Shown in pieces: positions 16,007 to 24,460 of a stretch of DNA of 48,875 bases; position 1 is the stretch's first letter; each line of letters opens with the position of its first letter. The position numbers were made by a program, and so were the translations under genes. The notes beneath the pieces are model-generated. The model saw only the letters and a list, made by a program, of their open reading frames with translations. It had not been told where the DNA came from and did no database searches. The DNA lies in IMG/VR virus record IMGVR_UViG_3300009537_000023, positions 1-48,875 of that record. One strand, written 5' to 3'. The DNA comes from a virus.

Positions 16007-16309
16007 CTACTGACCCTCTTCCACGAGGATCTGGCAGTTGTCGATATCCGTTTGTGATCTTTCGGTATCTGGAATGAGAAGAAGGCAAAACATGGTATCA
16101 AGAAGGACCCTAGTTTGCTCATCAACCGAAACAATTAAATCCGCATTTCGATCAATCAATTCGGCATTTACTTGGGATTGATGAGTAGCTGTTTGGGCCT
16201 GTTGGTTCACCGAATAAACCATTATGCCCAAGAGAATTATTACGGCTACAGACATACCAACAACCATCCAGAAAGTAGCCCTCAAGTAATTCTCCGTTTC
16301 CGATCTCAT
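16007..16309 (-). CDS. membrane-anchored protein with an N-terminal TM helix
   Basis: The internal Met (MRSETENYLRATFWMVVGMSVAVIILLGIMVY) gives an ATGA overlap with the upstream gene. The longer version (to 16414) would overlap that gene by 109 nt. Confidence 0.5.
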   Translation of the reverse strand: MRSETENYLRATFWMVVGMSVAVIILLGIMVYSVNQQAQTATHQSQVNAELIDRNADLIVSVDEQTRVLLDTMFCLLLIPDTERSQTDIDNCQILVEEGQ

Positions 16310-16569
16310 GGCGTTAATCCTGTACTGGCGGAGGTAGAAAGAATCCGTATAATCAGAGTGACCACGGATACTAGGGTCGTAAGTGCCGTGGCGGCTAACA
16401 GTCGGGCTAACCATTGATGGTTACCTTCGTGCTTCTCTTGCCAGTCATCATGACCTTGTAGTTCATTATCAACGGTCCCTTGACGAACATCATATTCTCG
16501 CCTACGAACCAGGTCTTCTTCAATAGCTCTAATCCTTCTATGGAGCTCTGCATTGGTAATGTCCTCCAT
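16306..16569 (-). CDS. tail-anchored membrane protein (charged N-terminal helix, C-terminal TM)
   Basis: ELHRRIRAIEEDLVRRRE... is followed by WLARLLAATALTTLVSVVTLIIRIL. It lies in the lysis neighbourhood. Confidence 0.5.
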   Translation of the reverse strand: MEDITNAELHRRIRAIEEDLVRRREYDVRQGTVDNELQGHDDWQEKHEGNHQWLARLLAATALTTLVSVVTLIIRILSTSASTGLTP

Positions 16570-18476
16570 TACCTAACCTCTCGCATGACCGCCAATGCGA
16601 TACCACCAAATCCCCTTCCGCCTGGTGCAGGAGGAGCATATGATTTGAACCGTAGATCCTCCATCCTTACCTCAATTGCATCCCTACCACCAGGAACTGA
16701 AGTCTCAGGTGTTTGGAAAAAGAAATCCTGGTCGCTCCTGTAAAGATCCTCTAGGTGTTTCAACAGATCCCAAGCTTTTCCTATCTTCCCTTCCTCACGT
16801 TCATTGAGCAAGGTTACAAAGTCATAGACCATGACAGGCACAAGATATCGGAATCTACCTGTGGATTTAGGCTCTGCTCGAAGTCTCCATTCCTTGAGAG
16901 TAGGACCTGACGTAGCATCACCCGGATCAGGTTTCAGAACTAAAGCCACACAGAATCTAGTGGCCTCTACATCCACTATCTCCTCAGTATAGCCACCCAC
17001 AAGGTTATCGGTGGAATAGGCAATGAATCCAGAACCATCTAAATCAAGCTCTAAAGACCACAACCCATCACCTGTAATGAGATTATCAAAAAACCTAACC
17101 ACTTTGCGCTCAGTAGTACCAAAGCGGATTTCACAATTCTGAAGCCGCCCAGACGGTACTAGGTTAGTAGCATGTTCCTTGATAATTCTAGCCGTAGCAC
17201 CTTCATCATGAACCCAATACATACGGTTATTGTACTGGACAACTTCCTTCACTTGGGCCTGACCAGCAAACATCAAATCCGAAGCATAGGCTAGATCACC
17301 AAGATGAACTCGACCTAAACCAGAACTGGAAGAGTCGTAGTTACTCCAACCAAACCAGGCGAACTCAAGCTGAGGTTCAAACCACAGAACGGGTTGAGGC
17401 GTTTCTACAATCAATTGGCTTACCCGAAGGTCTCCCTCATCGGTAACGATTGTGCCAATACGAACTCCCAAGGAAGTGCCAATCAAGACTTGTTGGCCAA
17501 TATACCCCCGAATGGTATGTATCTTTTCACCTTCCGGGGCTGTCCATACGTTCCTAGGTGCTCCCAGTGTAGCCACAGAAGCAAACGGAATATCTTGTGC
17601 AGTAAGTCGTGCAGCGAGAATCTCCGAGCGATCACCAACAGCACCAGAGATATAGATGGCTGGCCCGGATTCTGTGATAGCAGTGAAGCGGAAGCCTGAG
17701 GCTCGGTCTGTATAGAAAGGTTCAGGTGCAGTAGTTACGGCTAGGTCATATTCGTAGAGGCTGTTGGTCTTTGCTCCAAGCAGGCGACCCTTTACAAAGG
17801 CAATTATTTCCACTTCTGTCTGAACATTGACATCAGACCAAGCCAGAGCTCCAACTAAGGGTGTTTTCTTTACCCCTAAGGTTACACCTGAGAAAGCAGC
17901 ATAAAGGCTTTCACCATCGGAGGTAATAGAGTTAATCGGAGTACCGCTGTGGGTAGAAAGAGTAGCCTCATTAGCCTCAGCTGAGGCATCCGGGTCTGGA
18001 TCCCTCTCTACATTGCCATCATGGGTATAAAACAAGGCATTAGGAGCAGCTAATAGGTGAATATCATTGTCCGTATACGAAGTTAGCTGAGCCGTATCCT
18101 TTAACAGAGATGCCTCACCTATCTCCCAGGGATTAATACCCTTGGACCGCTCATACCTAAAACGACTGGAGAACGGTGAGTCAAACACCTCTTGACCCGC
18201 ACCTTCGTGCCAGGAGTGTTGGGCTCTTGCCCACCATGGAAAGAGGGTTTGCTCTCCAGGTTCCTCAGCATCATCGATTCGTGGTTTTGACCTGGGTAGA
18301 GCTTGCACTTCATAGGATCTGAACTCAAAAGGACTCTCTTGATCTAAGGTTGAGAGAACAAATCCTATCCCGCCTATCCCCACAGAGTAAATACTCCCTA
18401 TACCTATAGCGGTAACTGGACTAAAAGCAGGTGAGAGAGTATTTGGAAGAGTTGCTGGAAGCTGAGGACCAGCCAT
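16569..18476 (-). CDS. large tail-associated structural protein (635 aa)
   Basis: Called on position (last large gene of the virion arm, next to the fibre) and beta-rich composition. I recognised no motif. Confidence 0.45.
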   Translation of the reverse strand: MAGPQLPATLPNTLSPAFSPVTAIGIGSIYSVGIGGIGFVLSTLDQESPFEFRSYEVQALPRSKPRIDDAEEPGEQTLFPWWARAQHSWHEGAGQEVFDSPFSSRFRYERSKGINPWEIGEASLLKDTAQLTSYTDNDIHLLAAPNALFYTHDGNVERDPDPDASAEANEATLSTHSGTPINSITSDGESLYAAFSGVTLGVKKTPLVGALAWSDVNVQTEVEIIAFVKGRLLGAKTNSLYEYDLAVTTAPEPFYTDRASGFRFTAITESGPAIYISGAVGDRSEILAARLTAQDIPFASVATLGAPRNVWTAPEGEKIHTIRGYIGQQVLIGTSLGVRIGTIVTDEGDLRVSQLIVETPQPVLWFEPQLEFAWFGWSNYDSSSSGLGRVHLGDLAYASDLMFAGQAQVKEVVQYNNRMYWVHDEGATARIIKEHATNLVPSGRLQNCEIRFGTTERKVVRFFDNLITGDGLWSLELDLDGSGFIAYSTDNLVGGYTEEIVDVEATRFCVALVLKPDPGDATSGPTLKEWRLRAEPKSTGRFRYLVPVMVYDFVTLLNEREEGKIGKAWDLLKHLEDLYRSDQDFFFQTPETSVPGGRDAIEVRMEDLRFKSYAPPAPGGRGFGGIALAVMREVR

Positions 18477-18480
18477 GGGG

Positions 18481-19533
18481 TTATGCCGGACCTAGATAAG
18501 TAACACCTACAAAGGTTCCTCGATTGTTATCGATAGGTAGATTCAACCCGTCAGAGATTACCAGAACACTGAAGGTTACGGATGAGGTAAATCTGGCAGT
18601 CATAGAAACACCCAAAGCTAAGCCCCTATTAGATTCTGGATGGAAGTTCATGGACGGCGCTTCGTTGTAAGCTATCTGGCCATCTGAAGCGCTAATAAAG
18701 ATCCCAACAGGGGCAGCTTGGACCGTATCCTCGAAAACAACCCCTCCCGTAATGATATAGACACCTGACCCTAATGAAACAACCCCTGTTGAGGTATTGA
18801 GGGACATTTTGTTATATGGATCATTCTCATAAACAAGGCTATTGAAGATGATGGCTGTGGGATTTTCAATCACTGCCGTTTGGCCGCTAGTAATCCTTTC
18901 CCCTCTGAGGATAGATGGGGCAGCAAGAACCCCTCCTTGAGCAGCGGATAGGTGAGTATGTTCTGGTACCTCCGCAGCTAACCCACCACTTGCCTTCTCT
19001 TTCAGATACTGGGTATGGTCGTCATCGGTAAGACCCAATATAGCCCCATGATCGTGCTTGTGCAGGCTATCAGCAATGGATCCATCGGTTAGGGTATCAA
19101 GCTCGGGTCCAGTTGCATCGGTATCTGAGTGGGAGGCGACTGTATGAGCCTCAGAGTGGTGATCGTCAACCCCAATACCTAGAAGATTGGCATGAGTAAC
19201 CTTGGCTGTGTCATCTCCACCTGCACCCGTATGAACATGATCCCAAATCAGGGCCAAATCTTCAGCAGTAATCGCCAACTCAACCACAGCGCCGCCAGAG
19301 TGAGCAACGCCAGAAGTGCCTCCGAAGCCCCGAGTAAGGGAACTGAAGGTGGTTCCTGATTTATTACCGACAAGAACAAGCTCCTCATCACCAGTATCCC
19401 TTTCAAGAACCAGAATAAATGGAGCGGATGGCCAACCTACAGCACTAGCAACCTGAAGACTTGAATCCGTAGGATTTATTGAGGACTGAAGGGTGGTCTG
19501 AATTGCAATATTGGAATAGTTTCTCTTAGCCAT
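18481..19533 (-). CDS. tail fibre / receptor-binding protein with repeated His motifs
   Basis: LLGIGVDDHHSEAHTVASHSD, LHKHDHGAILGLTDDDHTQYL and EHTHLSAAQGG are repeated HxH / DDH motifs of fibre type, followed by a beta-rich C-terminal domain. Confidence 0.6.
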   Translation of the reverse strand: MAKRNYSNIAIQTTLQSSINPTDSSLQVASAVGWPSAPFILVLERDTGDEELVLVGNKSGTTFSSLTRGFGGTSGVAHSGGAVVELAITAEDLALIWDHVHTGAGGDDTAKVTHANLLGIGVDDHHSEAHTVASHSDTDATGPELDTLTDGSIADSLHKHDHGAILGLTDDDHTQYLKEKASGGLAAEVPEHTHLSAAQGGVLAAPSILRGERITSGQTAVIENPTAIIFNSLVYENDPYNKMSLNTSTGVVSLGSGVYIITGGVVFEDTVQAAPVGIFISASDGQIAYNEAPSMNFHPESNRGLALGVSMTARFTSSVTFSVLVISDGLNLPIDNNRGTFVGVTYLGPA

Positions 19534-20417
19534 TAGCTACCGTACCCTGCTAGTGCGAGCCTCTTGGTTTCCTTGAGGAGTGTGGCTCTCGATGTGTTCA
19601 CCCGATCAGCATAGCGAGCCTGATACCACTCCCCTGTTCGGAGAGCTAAGAATGGCGGAGAGTCCTGGGCTCTCTGATGCTGCTCCGCAGCCTTCATCTT
19701 GCTTCGAGACCTCTCCGAATCAACCATAAGTCTGTTCATGGCATAGTAGAACGGTAGGTCTGTCATGTATGGTCTCAATCCGCCTACAGCCTCAAGATCG
19801 TCAGCTTCAGCTACTTGAGTAAACCTCTCAGAGTAGACCACCCGGAATTCACCCGGAGGCAAAGCAGTCCTAAGCATGAGAGCCTTGCCAGTAGAAAAGT
19901 CCCCGGTGTCCGCATTGTCTACATAGATCCAATCGGCTATGGGCAGCCAGTATAGAGCAGCAGAATCCTGAAGGGCGTCTACTCTAAGGACATCAATAAC
20001 CTCATCAGGGAGACTGTACCCTATGATGGCAGGATTATATATAATGGTAGTAGCATTAACGGCATAGAGATCCCTACCAAACATATCTTCAAGGCACTCA
20101 TTAACCAGAGTGAGGACGTCGGACCTCAACATCCTCGGGTTTATGTAGATGGGGGCATTTTGAGCATGGGTAGTTGCAGTAGTACCTAACCATCCTCTTA
20201 TTACTGTGGCTATCTTATTGGTATCGTCTACCTCAGTTACCAGCATTAGTTCACTGCCTACCTCAGCAATAGTGGAGGGTCCCCAGGCATTGAGAATTCC
20301 TTGAAAGTTAAGGGCTGTAACGGAACTATTCATTGCTGTGGCCAGCACATCTGGCTGGTCAAGAATCCTAAAACCCTTCAGGACTCGATCAATTACCGTT
20401 GAGGTCAAGGTCGGCAT
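19533..20417 (-). CDS. virion structural protein (294 aa), possibly an adaptor or tail component
   Basis: Position only. Its stop codon overlaps the start codon of the downstream fibre gene. Confidence 0.4.
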   Translation of the reverse strand: MPTLTSTVIDRVLKGFRILDQPDVLATAMNSSVTALNFQGILNAWGPSTIAEVGSELMLVTEVDDTNKIATVIRGWLGTTATTHAQNAPIYINPRMLRSDVLTLVNECLEDMFGRDLYAVNATTIIYNPAIIGYSLPDEVIDVLRVDALQDSAALYWLPIADWIYVDNADTGDFSTGKALMLRTALPPGEFRVVYSERFTQVAEADDLEAVGGLRPYMTDLPFYYAMNRLMVDSERSRSKMKAAEQHQRAQDSPPFLALRTGEWYQARYADRVNTSRATLLKETKRLALAGYGS

Positions 20418-21132
20418 TTACCATCTTTCGGTAAATCGGAACGTTTTCCCGCTCAGCATAGTGCGGGTGGGACGGATCCATCAACGAGGTAACGTAATCC
20501 TCTTCCCCTACTATATGGAGTTTGATATGACCTATGACTAGGCTGGTATCTACGAAGGTAGGTATGCCTAATTTACCAGCGGTAAGACAGAAGGCAATAT
20601 CTTCTCCTATTGGCACATTGTTGTGCATTCCGAATGCGAACCAAGGCATGGGGTGATCTTTGCCCCTGGCCTCTCTTACAGCTAATGCTGCCCTGCGGGT
20701 TACAAGCAAACAGCCACCACCCGTACCATTAACCTCAACCAGGCTATTGGGCGGGTAATTCCACAGGACTTCCATCTGTGGAGTGCCTTCCTCACTTTCA
20801 CCTATGACGTACAGGTGAGGCCGCTTTGGGGAGTTAAAGCCACCAGTGAAATAAAGACCCCCCACAATCTCCTTACGATGGGCCATGAGTCTCTCGACCA
20901 TATCAACCCGAAGAACCTGATCTGTGTCGACCATCATCATGTAGTCAGCCGAAGTCTCATCGAGCCATACCTTAAAGAGACTGTTGCGACCATCATCTAC
21001 CTTAGGCCCACAGTGAATACCTATGGTAGACTGAATCCGTCGCTCCTCACGCATCAGCCGATCCTTAGCTGCCATGAAGATGCTGTCCACTTGGTCATCG
21101 TGGACGTACCCGAGTACTACTTGGTCATTCAA
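20389..21132 (-). CDS. GT-A fold (family-2-like) glycosyltransferase
   Basis: GPKVDDGRNSLFKVWLDETSADYMMMVDTDQVLRVDMVERLMAHRKEIVGGLYF has the R-N helix, a DxD motif (DTD) and the typical downstream vvgG.y segment. Confidence 0.65.
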   Translation of the reverse strand: MNDQVVLGYVHDDQVDSIFMAAKDRLMREERRIQSTIGIHCGPKVDDGRNSLFKVWLDETSADYMMMVDTDQVLRVDMVERLMAHRKEIVGGLYFTGGFNSPKRPHLYVIGESEEGTPQMEVLWNYPPNSLVEVNGTGGGCLLVTRRAALAVREARGKDHPMPWFAFGMHNNVPIGEDIAFCLTAGKLGIPTFVDTSLVIGHIKLHIVGEEDYVTSLMDPSHPHYAERENVPIYRKMVNADLDLNGN

Positions 21133-21418
21133 TGGGAGTCTTGTATCCTGAATAGAGATCCATCGCCAAGAAGCTCTTAACCTCTGGCTCTAGTTCTGGC
21201 TCGGGTTCTGCATCGGGATCGTAGACCTCTCCTTCTAGGAGCTCCTCGATGCTCATTCCCTCAACGATCCCGGATAGAAAAGCCCAGTTTTCATCCACAA
21301 TGTCCTTGAGATTGCCCTTGGTCTCATCGTCTTCTATGCCATCGAAGTGGATCTGAAGAAAGGTTCTCAGATCAACTACTGGCATGTTTTTGATGTCGGT
21401 TTTGGTTGCCATAGGCAC
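21125..21418 (-). CDS. acidic hypothetical protein (97 aa)
   Basis: ORF track. D/E-rich (YDPDAEPEPELEPEV). It lies directly downstream of the capsid gene. Confidence 0.45.
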   Translation of the reverse strand: MPMATKTDIKNMPVVDLRTFLQIHFDGIEDDETKGNLKDIVDENWAFLSGIVEGMSIEELLEGEVYDPDAEPEPELEPEVKSFLAMDLYSGYKTPIE

Positions 21419-21439
21419 TCCTTTCAGGCATATAACATA

Positions 21440-21465
21440 GCAGAACGGGGAGCCGAAGCTCCCCG
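21440..21465 (-). terminator. stem-loop after the major capsid gene (candidate partial terminator)
   Basis: CGGGGAGC (21446-21453) and GCTCCCCG (21458-21465) form a perfect 8-bp stem with a 4-nt loop. On the - strand it is followed by TTCTGCTATGTT. Confidence 0.45.
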
Positions 21466-21487
21466 CTCCACCTCTAGCGCCTCAAGA

Positions 21488-22600
21488 TCAGGTCAATGCC
21501 GTGAACTTGAAGTGGGCCTTTTCGTTGCGGACTCTCATGGTTATCTCACCTATGAGTTCCCACTGCTGCCTGTCTCCGGTCTTGGCCAGCATCTCAACGA
21601 AGAATGGATCGAACCAAACCAAGTCGATGTACTGCTTCTCCAAGCCGAAGGCAAATCTAGTGGGCACCCATCGGTTGAGCACCATGAAGATTCTGCCGAA
21701 GTCCGAGTCGTACCAGTCGACCACAGCCCCTCGGATATTCTCATCCCGAGAGAGCCTGATGTCATCCTCACTGAAAGCCGAAATTCGCCGCTTCTGGGTT
21801 CCACCCACCGCAAGCAGGTCCACCATGCCACCCCTGTCGAAGGAGTTCTGAAGCTGGTCTAGCAGCAGAGCCTCCGTGATGAGGGTGGACGATGAGTTCA
21901 CGCCTGTGGTGATGTAGAAGTCCAGACCGCCATGCGAACGCCGGCGATTGGTGAGGTCCTGATTTCGGGTACCAAGGATCAAGTTCCGCTCCAGCTTGAT
22001 GGCGTTCTCCTTGAGACGCTTCCCAATCTGGTAGCTCGACTCGCTCCTTACACCGTACTTAGCCGCCTTCTCCTCGGTACGAGTGACCTCCACCTCATCC
22101 TGATAAATCTGGGTGTAGTTGAACGGCTGCGTCCGCTGGAAGTTGATACCCGAAACCGGGTCGTCACCTTCCTGGGGCAGTGTTCCCAGAATCAGGACGG
22201 TAGCCGCATTCGCAATGGTGCCAGCAGCGGGAGTACCCCACGACCGCTCAACGATGAGCGTAGCCGCAGTTGTCCCGTACTGAACCACACGAAGGAACTC
22301 GTCCCCCACACGCAGGAGGTCGTTGGTCTTGAAGTATTCCCGGTTGTTCACGGTCATCACCGTGTCACCTGTGGTCATAGTGCCGTTGACGGCATCCGAC
22401 CCAGGAACCAGTTCATCTTCCAACCATTCGACCTTCACTGAAGTGGTGGTATCTCGGCCAAGCACAGAGCCACGATCTGGTCCGTAAGTGCCCAAGAATG
22501 GAACATCAAACGGGGAGATCATGTATATGGCATCCTCGACATCGAGTTTGACACCAACGGTCGACTCGTAGGTTCCCCTACGGCCTACCTGGACAGCCAT
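21488..22600 (-). CDS. major capsid protein (HK97-fold)
   Basis: 370 aa, downstream of the scaffold-like gene. From memory, VEWLEDEL, NYTQIYQDEVEVT, GGLDFYI, DWYDSDFG and MLAKTGDR recall the podovirus SU10/DUF5309-type capsid family. This was not checked by search. Confidence 0.7.
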   Translation of the reverse strand: MAVQVGRRGTYESTVGVKLDVEDAIYMISPFDVPFLGTYGPDRGSVLGRDTTTSVKVEWLEDELVPGSDAVNGTMTTGDTVMTVNNREYFKTNDLLRVGDEFLRVVQYGTTAATLIVERSWGTPAAGTIANAATVLILGTLPQEGDDPVSGINFQRTQPFNYTQIYQDEVEVTRTEEKAAKYGVRSESSYQIGKRLKENAIKLERNLILGTRNQDLTNRRRSHGGLDFYITTGVNSSSTLITEALLLDQLQNSFDRGGMVDLLAVGGTQKRRISAFSEDDIRLSRDENIRGAVVDWYDSDFGRIFMVLNRWVPTRFAFGLEKQYIDLVWFDPFFVEMLAKTGDRQQWELIGEITMRVRNEKAHFKFTALT

Positions 22601-22905
22601 TAGCTGTCACCTCCTGTACTAACCTTTATGGTTTTGTCGCTCCGTCCGTAGGCCTTGGGATTGAACGATTCCTTCATCCTCAAGGGCTGTCCATTTTTAT
22701 CCAGATAAGCGATCCCACGCTCATCGGTACGGACACCCCTCTCAAAGGAATTATTGGGTTGCCGAGGTGGAACATTATTCATCCTTCGAGGATTTACGTC
22801 GTATGAGACTCGGATGGATTGAAGGGTTTCTAGATCAACCCGCCCACACTGACGGCACGAATTGCCGGCCCGGCGTTTCGCTCCACAGTGAGGGCATTCG
22901 ATCAT
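22600..22905 (-). CDS. zinc-ribbon protein (101 aa)
   Basis: MIECPHCGAKRRAGNSCRQCG (CxxC-x10-CxxC). Translationally coupled to the scaffold gene upstream and the capsid gene downstream. Confidence 0.5.
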   Translation of the reverse strand: MIECPHCGAKRRAGNSCRQCGRVDLETLQSIRVSYDVNPRRMNNVPPRQPNNSFERGVRTDERGIAYLDKNGQPLRMKESFNPKAYGRSDKTIKVSTGGDS

Positions 22906-23507
22906 TATTCCTCCGGGGGAGACTGTGCATCGAGAATGGCCTGAACGCTATTCGCCATGGCCCAGTCGTCGGCTCTGCCTTCGTCTTTGGCCGTCTTGAA
23001 CGCCTCTTGACCAATCTCATGCAAGGTCTGTCCCTGACCCGTACCAGGCGCCTCGCCACCACTAGAGGCAACACCTGAAGCCACAATCTCCATGTTGGAC
23101 CTGCGCTGTTCCTGCTGTTGCTTCACGGTTGAGAGTGCCTGCTCGTATTCCTCTACGGACTCGAAGCCCGCAGCCTGGGCGGCTGATTGCTTCGCTGCCT
23201 GAGTAGATTCAACCTTCTGTTTGGCTGCATCTTGAACCTTCTCAAGCGTTAGGTCGTCGGGATCAAAATCGCCAAAGTCTTCGACACCAAGACCAACTGC
23301 CCTCATATCCTCATCTAGACGAGCAACCAGATCATCTAGACGGGCTTTCCTGAGAAGTGGCATACTCTGTTCCAACTTGGTCTTCAGAGCAGCAGCCTCT
23401 TCAGCTTGCTGCCGAAGTGTCGAACCAGAGAACTCCGACTCCAGGGCATTGAGGGCCTCGATATCGCCTTCCTTGGCTTGTTCGATCAGATCCTCGAATC
23501 GTCCCAT
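22905..23507 (-). CDS. scaffolding protein candidate
   Basis: 200 aa, acidic, Ala/Glu/Gln-rich with a helical or coiled-coil character. It lies just upstream of the capsid gene. Confidence 0.55.
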   Translation of the reverse strand: MGRFEDLIEQAKEGDIEALNALESEFSGSTLRQQAEEAAALKTKLEQSMPLLRKARLDDLVARLDEDMRAVGLGVEDFGDFDPDDLTLEKVQDAAKQKVESTQAAKQSAAQAAGFESVEEYEQALSTVKQQQEQRRSNMEIVASGVASSGGEAPGTGQGQTLHEIGQEAFKTAKDEGRADDWAMANSVQAILDAQSPPEE

Positions 23508-23525
23508 TTCCTTCTCCCTCCTACG

Positions 23526-23551
23526 CTCTCAGGACGGGAACTCCCTGAGAG
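23526..23551 (-). promoter_or_regulatory. stem-loop in the 92-nt gap upstream of the scaffold gene
   Basis: CTCTCAGG (23526-23533) pairs with CCTGAGAG (23544-23551), with a 10-nt loop. Confidence 0.35.
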
Positions 23552-23599
23552 GAGTATACGCCGGATTGTTGGCTCCGGGTAGCCACGACTGGAATCATA

Positions 23600-24460
23600 T
23601 CACACGGTCCGGCGACGATCAACAAGCTCTCCCAGCCCGCCTTGCTGAGTGACGTTTCTGGCGCCACCTTCCTGAAACTCTGATATAGCCGTACTGAAGG
23701 TTCTTGCCCTTCTGGCCGCAATGTTGGGGTCTTGATGGAAGAAGAAATCCTCAAGCTCCTCTTGACTGAGCGGCGTAAGTCGGTGAATCTGCGCTAGTCG
23801 AGAGAGTACCGGCTGCTCCCTGGCTACGTCTGCGAAGCCCTCTCTCGCTAGGTCTGCTGTGACACCCTCTCGTCTGAGTATCTCCGCTCTAGTCCTAGTG
23901 ATATTTAGACCAAACCTGAATGCTTCTCCGCCAACCTGGGCAGCGGCAAGCTGATCCTGAATAATGTCAAGACCACGATCCGGGTCTAGGAAGAAAACCA
24001 GCAAAGCGTCTTCGGATACAGGTGCCCCATAGAACTGTCGGAAGGCATCCTGAACGAATGCCGACGAGTCACGGGCAAGGGCCGCACCACGATCAAGCCT
24101 TTGATTAAGCTCCTGCACCGAAACATCTTTACCAATTAGGTCAGATGCCCAGTCTCTGAAAGCCTCTGTGGTATTCAAGCCGAGGGTGCCTGTGATATTG
24201 AAATTCCTCAATTGATTGAGATACCCCGCCTCTACCTGAAGATACTCAGCCTCTGAGATAGCGGGTAAACCTGCCGCTTGTCGGGCAGTAAGACCCTTAA
24301 AACGGGCCCTATAGGTATTAGAGTCACGAACTTGCTGGACTATTACGGAGGTCGGTTGATTCTCAGTAACGCCCCGGACAATGATGTTATAGACCTCATC
24401 CCCTAGCTCACGGAGCCAAGGGAATATGGCTAGAATTTCCTCTACTGCATTAAAAGCCAT
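23600..24460 (-). CDS. hypothetical virion-module protein (286 aa)
   Basis: ORF track. Coupled to the upstream gene: its start codon overlaps that gene's stop by 1 nt. Confidence 0.45.
   Translation of the reverse strand: MAFNAVEEILAIFPWLRELGDEVYNIIVRGVTENQPTSVIVQQVRDSNTYRARFKGLTARQAAGLPAISEAEYLQVEAGYLNQLRNFNITGTLGLNTTEAFRDWASDLIGKDVSVQELNQRLDRGAALARDSSAFVQDAFRQFYGAPVSEDALLVFFLDPDRGLDIIQDQLAAAQVGGEAFRFGLNITRTRAEILRREGVTADLAREGFADVAREQPVLSRLAQIHRLTPLSQEELEDFFFHQDPNIAARRARTFSTAISEFQEGGARNVTQQGGLGELVDRRRTV

Noticed and set aside
16007-16414. The 135-aa version of the membrane protein starting at 16414.
   Set aside because: It would overlap the upstream gene by 109 nt. The internal Met at 16309 gives a canonical ATGA junction and begins just before the TM helix.
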